Origin: Candidatus Micrarchaeota archaeon
Lineage (GTDB): Archaea; Micrarchaeota; Micrarchaeia; Micrarchaeales; CABMGC01
Assembly: GCA_027319905.1 (NCBI GenBank)
Contig: DAHVMJ010000003.1
Span: forward strand, 3,669 to 67,668
Length of the DNA stretch: 64,000 bases
Direction: 5' to 3'
This document shows positions 24,745-33,684 of the stretch, piece after piece. The position numbers were made by a program, and so were the translations under genes. The number at the start of each line of letters is the position of its first letter. Within the stretch, counting starts at the first letter, position 1. The notes beneath the pieces are model-generated. The model saw nothing but the letters and a program-made list of their open reading frames with translations. It ran no database searches and was not told the DNA's origin.

Positions 24745-25980
24745 ATGAACCTCAAGCCAGAGCTTGTAGAATCGCTGAGAAGGATCGGCTTTGTCACTGC
24801 TACGGAGGTTCAGGAGAAGGCCATACCGGAGCTGATGCGCGGCAAGAACCTAATAGTCAGGGCCAAGACTGGGACAGGCAAGACCGCTGCGTTCATAGTT
24901 CCCATTTTCCAGGCGATCGGACGTTCCAGAGACCTGGAGGCGCTGATAATAGTGCCGACGCGCGAACTTGCGCTCCAGATCACAAAATTTGCGCAGCAGG
25001 TAGGGGCGCCGATGCACATAGGCACGATCCCTGTCTATGGAGGCGCGTCGATAAATGTGCAGCTCCAGGCGCTGCGGCAGGGGCCGAACGTTGTTGTCGG
25101 AACTCCAGGCAGGATAGTGGACCTGATGAACAGGGGTGCGCTGAGGCTGGACAAGGTCAAGTACCTGGTGCTCGACGAGGCCGACATAATGCTCGACATG
25201 GGATTCATCAACGACGTTGAGAAGATAATAAGAAACGCGCCGCGCACAAGGCAGATGATGCTCTTCTCAGCCACGATATCGAACGACGTCGCCAGGATAG
25301 CCGAGAGGCATTCGAACGGGAACGTCAGGATAAGCATAGGCAGCGAGGAGGAGCCTGTGGTGACCTCGATAAAGCACATGTACGCTGTCGTGCCATTCAG
25401 GCTGAAGTTCTCGGGCCTGCTGGCGTACATAAAAGAGTACTCGCCCAGAAAGGCGATAATATTCGCAAGGATGAAGCACGAGGCAGGGTCTGTGGCGAGG
25501 GTCCTGAACAGCCAGGGATACAACACCATACTGCTGCACGGCGGACTGAGGCAGTCTGCAAGGGAGAGATCGCTCGCCAGCTTCAGGAGCGGTTCCCAGT
25601 TCCTGATCGCGACAGACATAGCGTCAAGGGGGCTTGACATAGCCGACGTCACAGACATAATCAACTTCGGGGCTCCGGAGGAGCCAAGGACATACATTCA
25701 CAGGGTGGGCAGGTCAGCAAGGATGGGAAAGGAGGGCAGGGCCATGACCATAGCGTCGCCCGACCAGAAGGTCGCGCTGAAGGACATAGAGTACAGCACC
25801 AACATAAGGATGCAGGCGATAGAGCTGAACACCGCGCCTTTCGAGACGCTCAAGCTGCCGATAATCGAGAATGGACCGAGGCCTTTCGGCCGCGGCAGGT
25901 TCAGGGATGGAAGAAGGGGAAGAAGGGAATCGGCCCACGACGGATCCGGATTCCCGCCAAGGCGCAGGAGGTTCAGGTAG
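24745..25980 (+). CDS. DEAD-box ATP-dependent RNA helicase
   Basis: Motif I AKTGTGKTAAF, PTRELA, motif II VLDEADIML, SAT, HRVGRSARMG, and a C-terminal RG-rich tail. The track ORF starts at TTG 24727; ATG 24745 (MNLKPELVESL) is preferred. Confidence 0.95.
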   Translation: MNLKPELVESLRRIGFVTATEVQEKAIPELMRGKNLIVRAKTGTGKTAAFIVPIFQAIGRSRDLEALIIVPTRELALQITKFAQQVGAPMHIGTIPVYGGASINVQLQALRQGPNVVVGTPGRIVDLMNRGALRLDKVKYLVLDEADIMLDMGFINDVEKIIRNAPRTRQMMLFSATISNDVARIAERHSNGNVRISIGSEEEPVVTSIKHMYAVVPFRLKFSGLLAYIKEYSPRKAIIFARMKHEAGSVARVLNSQGYNTILLHGGLRQSARERSLASFRSGSQFLIATDIASRGLDIADVTDIINFGAPEEPRTYIHRVGRSARMGKEGRAMTIASPDQKVALKDIEYSTNIRMQAIELNTAPFETLKLPIIENGPRPFGRGRFRDGRRGRRESAHDGSGFPPRRRRFR

Positions 25981-25996
25981 CCAATTCAAAGCTCAA

Positions 25997-26068
25997 AGCC
26001 CCAGGAGGGGATTGAACCCTCGACTTCGAGTTTACGAAACTCGCACTCTACCACTGAGTTACTGGGGC
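25997..26068 (-). tRNA. tRNA-Thr (anticodon CGU)
   Basis: The complement reads GCCCCAG-TA-ACTC-AGTGGTA-GAGT-G-CGAGT-TTCGTAA-ACTCG-AAGTC-GAGGG-TTCAATC-CCCTC-CTGGGGC-T. This is a full cloverleaf with a 7-bp acceptor stem. CCA is not encoded and there is no intron. Confidence 0.9.
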
Positions 26069-26124
26069 GCGCTATCTATAAAAACATAGGAGCAAATAAA
26101 TACTTGCTCTCAATAGCGATTCTC

Positions 26125-29100
26125 ATGGACGACTCCGAGAACGAGGATGAGGAACCAAAGGAAGTTTCCCAGCCTCCCGAAGAAATGGCCACACTCGAAG
26201 CCGAAAATGAGGAAACGCAGCCAGCCCAGCAAGAAACCCCCCCTCCTGCACCACCACCCGGACCCGAAGAGGCGCCAGAAGAGGCCCCGCAGCAGCCCGC
26301 ACAGCAGGCCGCGCAGCCGGCGCCGGAGCAGGCTCCACAACCAGCTTCCCAGCCTACGCCCGCTCCCGAACAGCCTCCCCCGAAGAAGCCGCTCTTCGGC
26401 CAGGGCATGCCGATGTCCCTGCCGAACATCAAGATCCCACAACCAAGGATACTGCTGTCAATAATAGCGATAGTCATAATCGCAGCGCTGATACTCACGT
26501 TTACCCCAAGTGTCACCACGACCACGACTACCTCCACGACCACGGTGCAGCAGGTGAATCTTTCCAGGATAAGCGCGTGCGAGCAGATAAGCAAGCCGGG
26601 CACCTACTACCTAGAGGGCAGCATAAACGACACCTCCACTAGCGGCGCCTGCATAAGCGTCGCGTCGAGCAACGTCCGCATCGTGGGCAACCTGTACACC
26701 ATAGCGGGCAGCGGTCCCTACAGCGGTCTGCCCCCGTACTCGTACGGCATAGAGGTGCGGAACGTATCTAATGTGACCGTCACAACCTTCAGGGTGCTCA
26801 AATTCTCCTACGACCTGTTCGTCAGCAACTCCAAGAACGTCAACATAGTTAGCAACAACCTCACCACCTCGACGCTTTCAGCCATGTACCTGCTCAACGT
26901 CTCGAACAGCACGGTGCACGAGAACTCCGTCTCGGACTCGCAGAGCAAGCAGGGAGGCATCTTTCTCGTGAGCGGAAGCGGCAACAGTTTCTTCAACAAC
27001 TCCGTAGCGAACAACGCCTACTACGGCATAGTGGTCAACTCTACTGACAACAACTTCACACGCAACACCTTCGGAGGCAATGCCGCCGACATAGCCTGCA
27101 ACCTCACCTCCGCCGCCCGCTTCTCAAACAACTTCAGCAATTCAAAGTGCGCGATCAACGATTATTGCGCATTCGCCTCGTGCAGCACCAACGTCCCCTT
27201 CAACATCTCCGCGGTAAAGCTCGCCCCTGGGCCGGTCAGCACGTGCGGCTCGATATACTCTCCGGGCAACTACGTGCTCTCCCAGAGCATAAGCGCATCC
27301 GCGTATCTCAACCTCTCGAATCCGCTATCCCAGAGCATCCCCTGCATCAAGATACTCGCCCCCAACGTAAATTTCGACTGCAACAACCATGCGATTAACA
27401 ACTCCGGCTACGGGATATACGTGGGCGCGACGTCAAATGTTAACGTGTCGAGGTGCGCACTTTCAAAGGACAGCTACGGCATTTTCGTGACAGGCGCGTT
27501 CAACCCGCAGATAAGGAATACCAGTGCGCAGGCCGGCACCTATGGGGTCTACATAAGCAACACCACGGGCGGAAGGCTCTCCAACGTAACGCTCGCCAAG
27601 AACAATACCTACGGTCTGTTCGTGGACTCCACAAGCGGCCTTCTCCTTGACAGCGTGAGGGCGCAGAGCAACGTGTACGGCGTCTATATCAACAGCGGCG
27701 AGAACGACGTTTTCAACGGCGGCGTTACGAGAAACAACACAAAGGCGGACATCTACTGCAGCCCCGGTACATACAACTCCACCACAGACCTGGCGCAGAG
27801 CGTCTCCTGCGGCGTCACGGACTGCAACTGGGCGTCCGCATCGTGCGCCCAGACCGTGCAGCCCAAGCTTTCCGTGTATCCGATCAACAGCTGCAGGACG
27901 ATAACCAACCCGGGTAACTACACGCTTACCCAGAACACGCTCTCCTCAGGCACGTGCTTCGACATACAGTCAAACAACGTCGCATTCAGCTGCGCATCGC
28001 ACCTGATAGTGGGGCCGTCTCCAAAGAGCGCCTTCTACATAGCTAGCAGGCGCAACGTAAGCATATCCAACTGCATCATGAGCGGGTTCGGTTCTACCGT
28101 CAACGTGACCAACTCCTCGCAGATAGACCTCAACGACCTCACGATCAACGACACGAAGAGCGGCGTCGTCTTCTCTAAAGTGTCGAACAGCAGCGTCACC
28201 AACCTTAAGGTCACACTCCAGTCATCATTCGCCTACAACTTCACCGGCGTGAACACAAGCCTGGTGTCGCACGACATCGCCTTCGGAGGACTGGGACAGG
28301 GGAGCGGTTTCCTGTTCTCCAACTCTGGAAAGAACACTGTCTCGTTCAACAACGCCACCTCGAATCCACTGCTTGGCTTCAGCTTTGTCAACTCGCGGGA
28401 CAACACAGTCTACAACAACAGCGCGTTCTCGAACAGGAATTTCGACTACTCTTGCTCCGGCTCCTCCACCGGCCTGTACTCCAACCCCATCTCCATCAAC
28501 TCCGGCCTGGCGAAGAACCAGTGCGGCTGGATGGTGGTCGTGAATCCCCTGGCGCCAAGTTCCTCCGCGTGCTTGGCGCTGTTCTCTCCGTCCCAGGTGG
28601 TACTCGGCAGCGACATGCTCTACGCCGCGGGCAGCACGTGCATCAGCGCATATGTAACCAACACGGTGTCGGCCAACACGACAACGATAGACTGCGCCGG
28701 CCACACAGTATACGCCTCTCACGGGGGCACCTTTGCCTACATCAGCGGCGCCGCGGGAGTAAAGGTGTACAACTGCATACTTCTCAACTTCACCACCGGC
28801 GTGCGGAGCACCGGGGCGGGCACTCTCGTGTACAACAACACCTTCAACGGCGGGGGTACGGCCGTGCTCTTCAACTCCACCAACTCAGGCAGCGTGTACA
28901 AGAACATGGTCTACAACATAAGCAACGGCCTGCTCTTCTACAACTCCATAAGCCCCAACGTGCACAACAACGTGCTGTTCAACAGCACAGTCGGCATAGG
29001 CCTCTATGGCGGCTCTTCGGCAACGGTAGCCAACAACACCGCGACCAGGAGCGGCACCGGCCTGCTCCTCAGCAACAGCACGGGGGCCAGCGTGCAGAAC

Positions 29101-29253
29101 AACACCTTCGTCAACTCAAGTCAGGGTTCGATAGTGTGCAGCGGCACAGCCACGAACTCCACCAGCAGGAACATAGACGACGGCGGAAACACATGCCAGA
29201 ATCCGAGCTCAACGTGCACGTGGATAAGCCTCTCGAGCTCATGCAGGGCCTAG
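26125..29253 (+). CDS. Large membrane-anchored surface protein with right-handed parallel beta-helix (PbH1/NosD-like) repeats
   Basis: About 1,040 aa from ATG 26125 (the track starts at TTG 26104). It has an acidic then Pro/Gln/Ala-rich N-terminus, one TM helix (ILLSIIAIVIIAALILTF), a Thr-rich linker, then dozens of N-x-x-N...GI...S.N repeat units. I count more than 40 N-x-S/T sequons by eye. Confidence 0.85.
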   Translation: MDDSENEDEEPKEVSQPPEEMATLEAENEETQPAQQETPPPAPPPGPEEAPEEAPQQPAQQAAQPAPEQAPQPASQPTPAPEQPPPKKPLFGQGMPMSLPNIKIPQPRILLSIIAIVIIAALILTFTPSVTTTTTTSTTTVQQVNLSRISACEQISKPGTYYLEGSINDTSTSGACISVASSNVRIVGNLYTIAGSGPYSGLPPYSYGIEVRNVSNVTVTTFRVLKFSYDLFVSNSKNVNIVSNNLTTSTLSAMYLLNVSNSTVHENSVSDSQSKQGGIFLVSGSGNSFFNNSVANNAYYGIVVNSTDNNFTRNTFGGNAADIACNLTSAARFSNNFSNSKCAINDYCAFASCSTNVPFNISAVKLAPGPVSTCGSIYSPGNYVLSQSISASAYLNLSNPLSQSIPCIKILAPNVNFDCNNHAINNSGYGIYVGATSNVNVSRCALSKDSYGIFVTGAFNPQIRNTSAQAGTYGVYISNTTGGRLSNVTLAKNNTYGLFVDSTSGLLLDSVRAQSNVYGVYINSGENDVFNGGVTRNNTKADIYCSPGTYNSTTDLAQSVSCGVTDCNWASASCAQTVQPKLSVYPINSCRTITNPGNYTLTQNTLSSGTCFDIQSNNVAFSCASHLIVGPSPKSAFYIASRRNVSISNCIMSGFGSTVNVTNSSQIDLNDLTINDTKSGVVFSKVSNSSVTNLKVTLQSSFAYNFTGVNTSLVSHDIAFGGLGQGSGFLFSNSGKNTVSFNNATSNPLLGFSFVNSRDNTVYNNSAFSNRNFDYSCSGSSTGLYSNPISINSGLAKNQCGWMVVVNPLAPSSSACLALFSPSQVVLGSDMLYAAGSTCISAYVTNTVSANTTTIDCAGHTVYASHGGTFAYISGAAGVKVYNCILLNFTTGVRSTGAGTLVYNNTFNGGGTAVLFNSTNSGSVYKNMVYNISNGLLFYNSISPNVHNNVLFNSTVGIGLYGGSSATVANNTATRSGTGLLLSNSTGASVQNNTFVNSSQGSIVCSGTATNSTSRNIDDGGNTCQNPSSTCTWISLSSSCRA

Positions 29254-29763
29254 CACCGCGAGCTTCTTGTATCCCTTCTCACTCAGCCTGGGCTCTATCT
29301 CCTCGTACCTCTTGCCGCACAGCATCCCTCCGGCGAGGAACTCGTCTTCCGTGACCTCCGCCAGGCAGAAATCAGGGGGCGAGAAGGCGTTCATCGCATC
29401 CTCATTCTCGAATTCGAAGTCGATCAGGACCAGTCCCTCCAGGTCCTCCACATGTATCCCTATCTGGGCATCAAGCCCGTCTTTCTTGTAGAAGTACCTG
29501 GTCTTGTGCAGCCTCTTCCCCTCCGTGTGCGAGAGCGCCTCAAACTCCTCGCTTGTTATCGAAACAGTCTCCTCGTTCATCACGGCAGGGTTCTCGCTTG
29601 CAGGCTCCTTCTTGGTGATCTCAAACCTGTCTCCGTTCTTCCTTATCCTCAGCGTTGGATGTTCTCTGCTCTTCGGCACATAGATGTCTATCACTTCTCT
29701 GCTCGCGCATCCGCTAAGGTCAGGTACGTAACGCGCCAGAAATGTCCTCTCGAGCTCTTTCAT
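29239..29763 (-). CDS. CYTH-domain (triphosphate tunnel metalloenzyme) protein
   Basis: 174 aa. N-terminal ELERTFLARYVP (the ExExK-like start of CYTH), RIRKNGDRFEITKK, and alternating charged beta-strand residues. Confidence 0.7.
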   Translation of the reverse strand: MKELERTFLARYVPDLSGCASREVIDIYVPKSREHPTLRIRKNGDRFEITKKEPASENPAVMNEETVSITSEEFEALSHTEGKRLHKTRYFYKKDGLDAQIGIHVEDLEGLVLIDFEFENEDAMNAFSPPDFCLAEVTEDEFLAGGMLCGKRYEEIEPRLSEKGYKKLAVLGPA

Positions 29764-29811
29764 GCCCCCATTCGTATTCGGCTCTGGGGTTTATATATTT
29801 GAAAACAGGAA

Positions 29812-30126
29812 GTGAGTCATATGGTACAGTTAAGTGTAGCAGACGTAACGAACGCTCTCAAGAACACCGTTGACCCTGAGATAGGCATAAACATAGTCGA
29901 CCTGGGCCTTTTGTACGACATAAAGATAGACGCGCAGAACAATGTAGGCCTCAGGCTCACGATGACAAGCCCCATGTGCCCCGTGACGAGCGTGATAATG
30001 GCCGATGTGCAGCTCAGGCTTGAGAACCTGCCTGGAGTGGGGAAGGTGGCGCTGGATCTTGTTTGGGAGCCGGCGTGGAGCCCCGAGATGATAAGCGAGG
30101 AGTACAGGGTGGCGATGGGAGCCTAG
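29812..30126 (+). CDS. DUF59/MIP18-family Fe-S assembly protein (SufT-like)
   Basis: 104 aa. VDPEIGINIVDLGLLYDI...LTMTSPMCPV is characteristic of the DUF59 family. Confidence 0.85.
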   Translation: MSHMVQLSVADVTNALKNTVDPEIGINIVDLGLLYDIKIDAQNNVGLRLTMTSPMCPVTSVIMADVQLRLENLPGVGKVALDLVWEPAWSPEMISEEYRVAMGA

Positions 30127-30128
30127 TG

Positions 30129-30773
30129 CTACATCAGCATATCCCAAAATATTCCGAAAAACCTGTCAAACGCGTGGTCTTCCACGCCAATTGCCTCGTC
30201 TTTAAGGGCGCTGTATAGAAACTCTTTCGATGCTTTGCTTCTGATCTCGCCCTTGTCTTTTAGCTTGTCGAAGAAATCGTGGATTCTGGATGTGTTATCA
30301 AGGGAATTTCCGTATTCTGAAGTATAGCTGCCTACGTCGAACTGCAAACTTCCCTCCTTCAGGGCGCCGCTTTCTTCCCACAGCTTAATTTCTTCAGTCG
30401 CAACGGTTTCTGATTCAGATACGTGTAGCCCATTCATTCCCGCGCGCAACCCGTATTTGCCACGCAGCGATTGCTTTTCTGCCTTTTCTACCATCGTGCT
30501 TCCAAGCCCGCTTCTTATCTCATCTGCAGATACCGGTGTTTCTATAATAAAGGCAAAGGCATCGTAGCAAGTGATGTATCTGATTATCCAATCAAAGAAT
30601 GGTTTCTCGCTCAGATGCTTGTAATGTTTCTGCGCCAGCTCTCTGCTTATCACCAACTTCTTTGAAGCGATGATTTTTGCCTTGGAGATATCCATGAACG
30701 ATTTCAGCATTTTTGCTCCAGGGCCTCGCCGTATGACAAGATCAGGCTTTGCTATTATCAAAAGTTTTCCCAT
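30129..30773 (-). CDS. Divergent nucleoside diphosphate kinase-like protein with a C-terminal extension
   Basis: The start is taken at Met12 (MGKLLIIAKPD); the track ORF runs to 30806. The NDK-like landmarks are LIIAKPDLV, LRGKYG and NGLHVSES...EEIKLW (His in the catalytic position), followed by about 80 extra C-terminal residues. Confidence 0.6.
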   Translation of the reverse strand: MGKLLIIAKPDLVIRRGPGAKMLKSFMDISKAKIIASKKLVISRELAQKHYKHLSEKPFFDWIIRYITCYDAFAFIIETPVSADEIRSGLGSTMVEKAEKQSLRGKYGLRAGMNGLHVSESETVATEEIKLWEESGALKEGSLQFDVGSYTSEYGNSLDNTSRIHDFFDKLKDKGEIRSKASKEFLYSALKDEAIGVEDHAFDRFFGIFWDMLM

Positions 30774-30786
30774 GTTCAGACCCGGT

Positions 30787-31320
30787 CTAGAAGAAATGTT
30801 CCTCAAACAGATTTATCTCAGTTTCTACCCTGACCGGATCAGAGGCGTGGATGAGATTCCTCACCGTACGCCTTTCCAGGTTTGAGATGAGTATTGAGTC
30901 GTCACCCAGGTCTCCACGTATGGTTCCCTTGTTTGCTTTCACCGGGTCGGTCTTTCCCACCAGCCTCTTGACCTCTTCCTGAACGTTCTCGCCTCTGCCT
31001 TCAAGAACAACGGCAATCACATTATCCGAACTAGAATATTCCCTGTTCCATGCGTTGATTTGTTTGCCGAGCATGTAAGCATCCTGTGTTCCGAAGAGTT
31101 CCATTGCCTTGTCAGCTCCTACAGATTCCATCATCCGGGTCCCCATACCTGATAGCTGCTCCTCGGAATCCTCGTAAAGAAGCGCCGCAAGCTTGTCGCT
31201 GATTCTCCCGCTTTTTATTCTTGATACTACGAAGCCCTTTTCTTCAAGGCGCGATAGCATCTGGCCAACGAGCCCTCTCCTCAGCCCGTCCTTTTTGATG
31301 TAGATGAAACCACGCCCCAA
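30787..31320 (-). CDS. Divergent nucleoside diphosphate kinase-like protein
   Basis: 177 aa. FIYIKKDGLRRGLVGQMLSRLEEKGF, VIAVVLEG, GTIRGDLG and RNLIHASD (catalytic His motif NxxHxSD) match the NDK layout, with an insertion in the Kpn-loop region. Confidence 0.7.
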   Translation of the reverse strand: MGRGFIYIKKDGLRRGLVGQMLSRLEEKGFVVSRIKSGRISDKLAALLYEDSEEQLSGMGTRMMESVGADKAMELFGTQDAYMLGKQINAWNREYSSSDNVIAVVLEGRGENVQEEVKRLVGKTDPVKANKGTIRGDLGDDSILISNLERRTVRNLIHASDPVRVETEINLFEEHFF

Positions 31321-31414
31321 TCCGGCACCTAGAAAGCACGCACACGTGATTAGTATAACTCAGCCAGAATGTTTTTATGGTTTGATACGTTTAATATTAC
31401 CGTGACTTCTCGTT

Positions 31415-33175
31415 TTGGTGATGCCCGTGATACGCCAGCCGATAATAGTTGTTATGGGGCACGTGGACCACGGGAAAACGAGTTTGCTGGACAGGATAAG
31501 GAGTAGCGTCGTGGCCAGCAGAGAAGCCGGGGGCATAACGCAGCATATAGGTGCCAGCGAGGTTCCGCTCAACGTAATAGAGACAGTTTCAGGTCCTGTG
31601 CTCAGGCAGTTCGGAGCGAAGATCACAATACCTGGCCTGCTCTTCATCGACACCCCCGGGCACGAGGCGTTCACCAACCTCAGAAAGCGCGGAGGCTCAG
31701 TGGCCGACCTCGCCATACTTGTGGTCGATGTTTCCAAGAGTTTCGAGCCGCAGACGTACGAGGCGCTTGACATACTCAAGGAGTACAAAACGCCTTTCGT
31801 CCTTGCAGCGAACAAGATAGACCTCATCACCGGCTGGCGCGTCCAAAAGACGAGCAGCTTCGCAGAATCTCTGGGCAAGCAGGAGAAGAGCGTGCAGGAC
31901 GCGCTTGAGGCGAAGATCTACGAGCTTGTCGGGAAGCTGAGCGAGGTCGGCTTCTCCAGCGAACGCTTCGACCGAATCAAGGACTTCAGGAAGGAGGTCG
32001 CGATACTGCCCGTAAGCGCAAAGACGGGAGAGGGCATAGCAGAACTACTCGTCTTCACCGCCGGCATCGCGCAGAAGTTCCTGGAGACGCGCCTTAACAT
32101 AGAGGTTCAAGGACCTGGCAAGGGAAGCCTGCTTGAGAAGAAAGAGGAGAAGGGCCTCGGAACCACCATAGACGTCATACTGTACAACGGCACGCTGAAG
32201 GTGAATGACACGATAGCATTCGGTACTCCCGCTGGCGTCGCAAAGGCGAAGATCAGGGCATTGCTCAAGCCCAAGCCGCTGCAGGAGATGCGGGAGAGCA
32301 GCAGCAAGTTCTACTACGTGGACTCGGTTTCCGCCGCTTCGGGGGTGAAGATAAGCGGCGTGGGGTTCGAGGAGGCGCTGCCGGGGTCGCTGGTCATCTC
32401 AACCGAAGACAAGAGCTATGAGAAGGAGATAGCGACCGAGATGAAAGATGTCTTTGCCACCGAACAGAGCGGCATAATACTCAAGGCGGACACGATAGGC
32501 AGCATCGAGGCGCTGTCAAGGCTGCTGGCAAACGCCGGAGTCAAGATAAGCAAGAAGGGCATAGGCAACGTCAGCAAACGCGACGTGCTCGACGCCTTCG
32601 CGATGAGGGCCATAGACCCTTACAACGCAGTCGTACTAGCCTTCAACGTCTCCGCCGAGGTCGACGCGCAATCTGAGAGCGACGCCGCCAACGTGAAGAT
32701 AATCAGCGAGAACATAATCTACAAGATAATAGACGACTACAAGGAGTGGCTCGAGGATCAGAAGAGGAAGGAGAGGGAAGATGCAGGGAAGTCGCTTACC
32801 TTCCCGTGCATGGTCAAGATACTTCCGAATACCGCATTCAGGATCTCCCACCCCGCGATATTCGGGGTGGATGTTGTCGCGGGCAGGCTGAAATCTTCGG
32901 TGCTGCTTATGAACAAGCAGGGCGGGGTGATAGGCAGGGTGAGAGAGCTTCAGAACAACAGCATGCCCGTCAACGAGGCGAAGAAGGGCGAAAGCGTGGC
33001 AATATCCATAGACGGCATAACCTTCGGTAGGCAGGTGAAGGACAACGACGTGCTCTACGCTCACATAAACGACGAGGAGGAGCAGCTGCTGAGGTCAAAG
33101 TTCAACTACCTACTCAGCGACGAGGAGAAGGAATTGCTGAACGAGATATCTGTTATAAAAAGGAGCGGTAAGTAG
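31415..33175 (+). CDS. infB: Translation initiation factor aIF5B (IF-2 homolog)
   Basis: 586 aa. G1 GHVDHGKTSLLD, G3 DTPGHEAF, G4 NKID. Domain organisation is typical of aIF5B. Confidence 0.95.
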   Translation: MVMPVIRQPIIVVMGHVDHGKTSLLDRIRSSVVASREAGGITQHIGASEVPLNVIETVSGPVLRQFGAKITIPGLLFIDTPGHEAFTNLRKRGGSVADLAILVVDVSKSFEPQTYEALDILKEYKTPFVLAANKIDLITGWRVQKTSSFAESLGKQEKSVQDALEAKIYELVGKLSEVGFSSERFDRIKDFRKEVAILPVSAKTGEGIAELLVFTAGIAQKFLETRLNIEVQGPGKGSLLEKKEEKGLGTTIDVILYNGTLKVNDTIAFGTPAGVAKAKIRALLKPKPLQEMRESSSKFYYVDSVSAASGVKISGVGFEEALPGSLVISTEDKSYEKEIATEMKDVFATEQSGIILKADTIGSIEALSRLLANAGVKISKKGIGNVSKRDVLDAFAMRAIDPYNAVVLAFNVSAEVDAQSESDAANVKIISENIIYKIIDDYKEWLEDQKRKEREDAGKSLTFPCMVKILPNTAFRISHPAIFGVDVVAGRLKSSVLLMNKQGGVIGRVRELQNNSMPVNEAKKGESVAISIDGITFGRQVKDNDVLYAHINDEEEQLLRSKFNYLLSDEEKELLNEISVIKRSGK

Positions 33176-33185
33176 TAATTCTTTC

Positions 33186-33668
33186 ATGGACGTCAGGAGC
33201 CTCAAAATAAGCAAGATCGATGTCAAAGAGGAACTTGGGCCACTATATACTTTCGATGCAAGAGTGGCAAAGGCAAATCCGGCTCTCCTGGCCCGTGACG
33301 GCGAAGAATGGCTTCTCTCTTTTCTGACAAAAGAGCACGATTCCGAGACCTGGGTGTGGAAAACCGAGAGCGGCGATCTTGTGGGTTACATCTCGCTGAT
33401 AGACAAGCCCAAAGAAAACTCCATGGAGGTTCTCAGAATCTGCGTTGACCCTCCAAAGTGGCGTAAGAAGGTCGGCACGGAGATGATGGACTTCGCGGAA
33501 AAGATGGCGCTGAAACTGGGGAGAAGGAAAGTGGACCTGGCGACGAACAAGGCCAACGCGCAGGCCATCGCTTTCTACAAGAAACTCGGTTATCGCATAG
33601 CAAAGGAGGTCGAGAACTACTATGGGGAAGGCGAGATACGGTATATATTCGAGAAGGCGCTGAGCTAG
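33186..33668 (+). CDS. GNAT-family N-acetyltransferase
   Basis: 160 aa. The acetyl-CoA-binding region is RKKVGTEMMDFAEKMA...NAQAIAFYKKLGYR. Confidence 0.85.
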   Translation: MDVRSLKISKIDVKEELGPLYTFDARVAKANPALLARDGEEWLLSFLTKEHDSETWVWKTESGDLVGYISLIDKPKENSMEVLRICVDPPKWRKKVGTEMMDFAEKMALKLGRRKVDLATNKANAQAIAFYKKLGYRIAKEVENYYGEGEIRYIFEKALS

Positions 33669-33684
33669 TCCGTCTCGGAATAAA

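Noticed and set aside
25035-25697. 220-aa minus-strand ORF inside the DEAD-box helicase gene
   Set aside because: It is antisense to a helicase that carries every canonical motif.
26104-26124. TTG start for the beta-helix protein
   Set aside because: The ATG at 26125 follows within 7 codons, and the TTG lies only about 36 nt from the tRNA-Thr 5' end and its A/T-rich upstream region. The ATG is preferred, though this is unproven.
26076-26603. 175-aa minus-strand ORF and several 70-110-aa ORFs over the 5' end of the beta-helix gene
   Set aside because: They arise from the Pro/Gln/Ala low-complexity coding repeat read in other frames. One would also overlap the tRNA-Thr flank.
28452-29354. 300-aa plus-strand ORF in a second frame of the beta-helix gene
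   Set aside because: It is an out-of-frame reading of the same strand, His/Arg/Gln-rich and without repeats. The main frame has a continuous beta-helix periodicity over 1,000 aa.
31375-31878. 167-aa minus-strand ORF over the start of infB
   Set aside because: It is antisense to the aIF5B G-domain (GHVDHGKT, DTPGHEAF).
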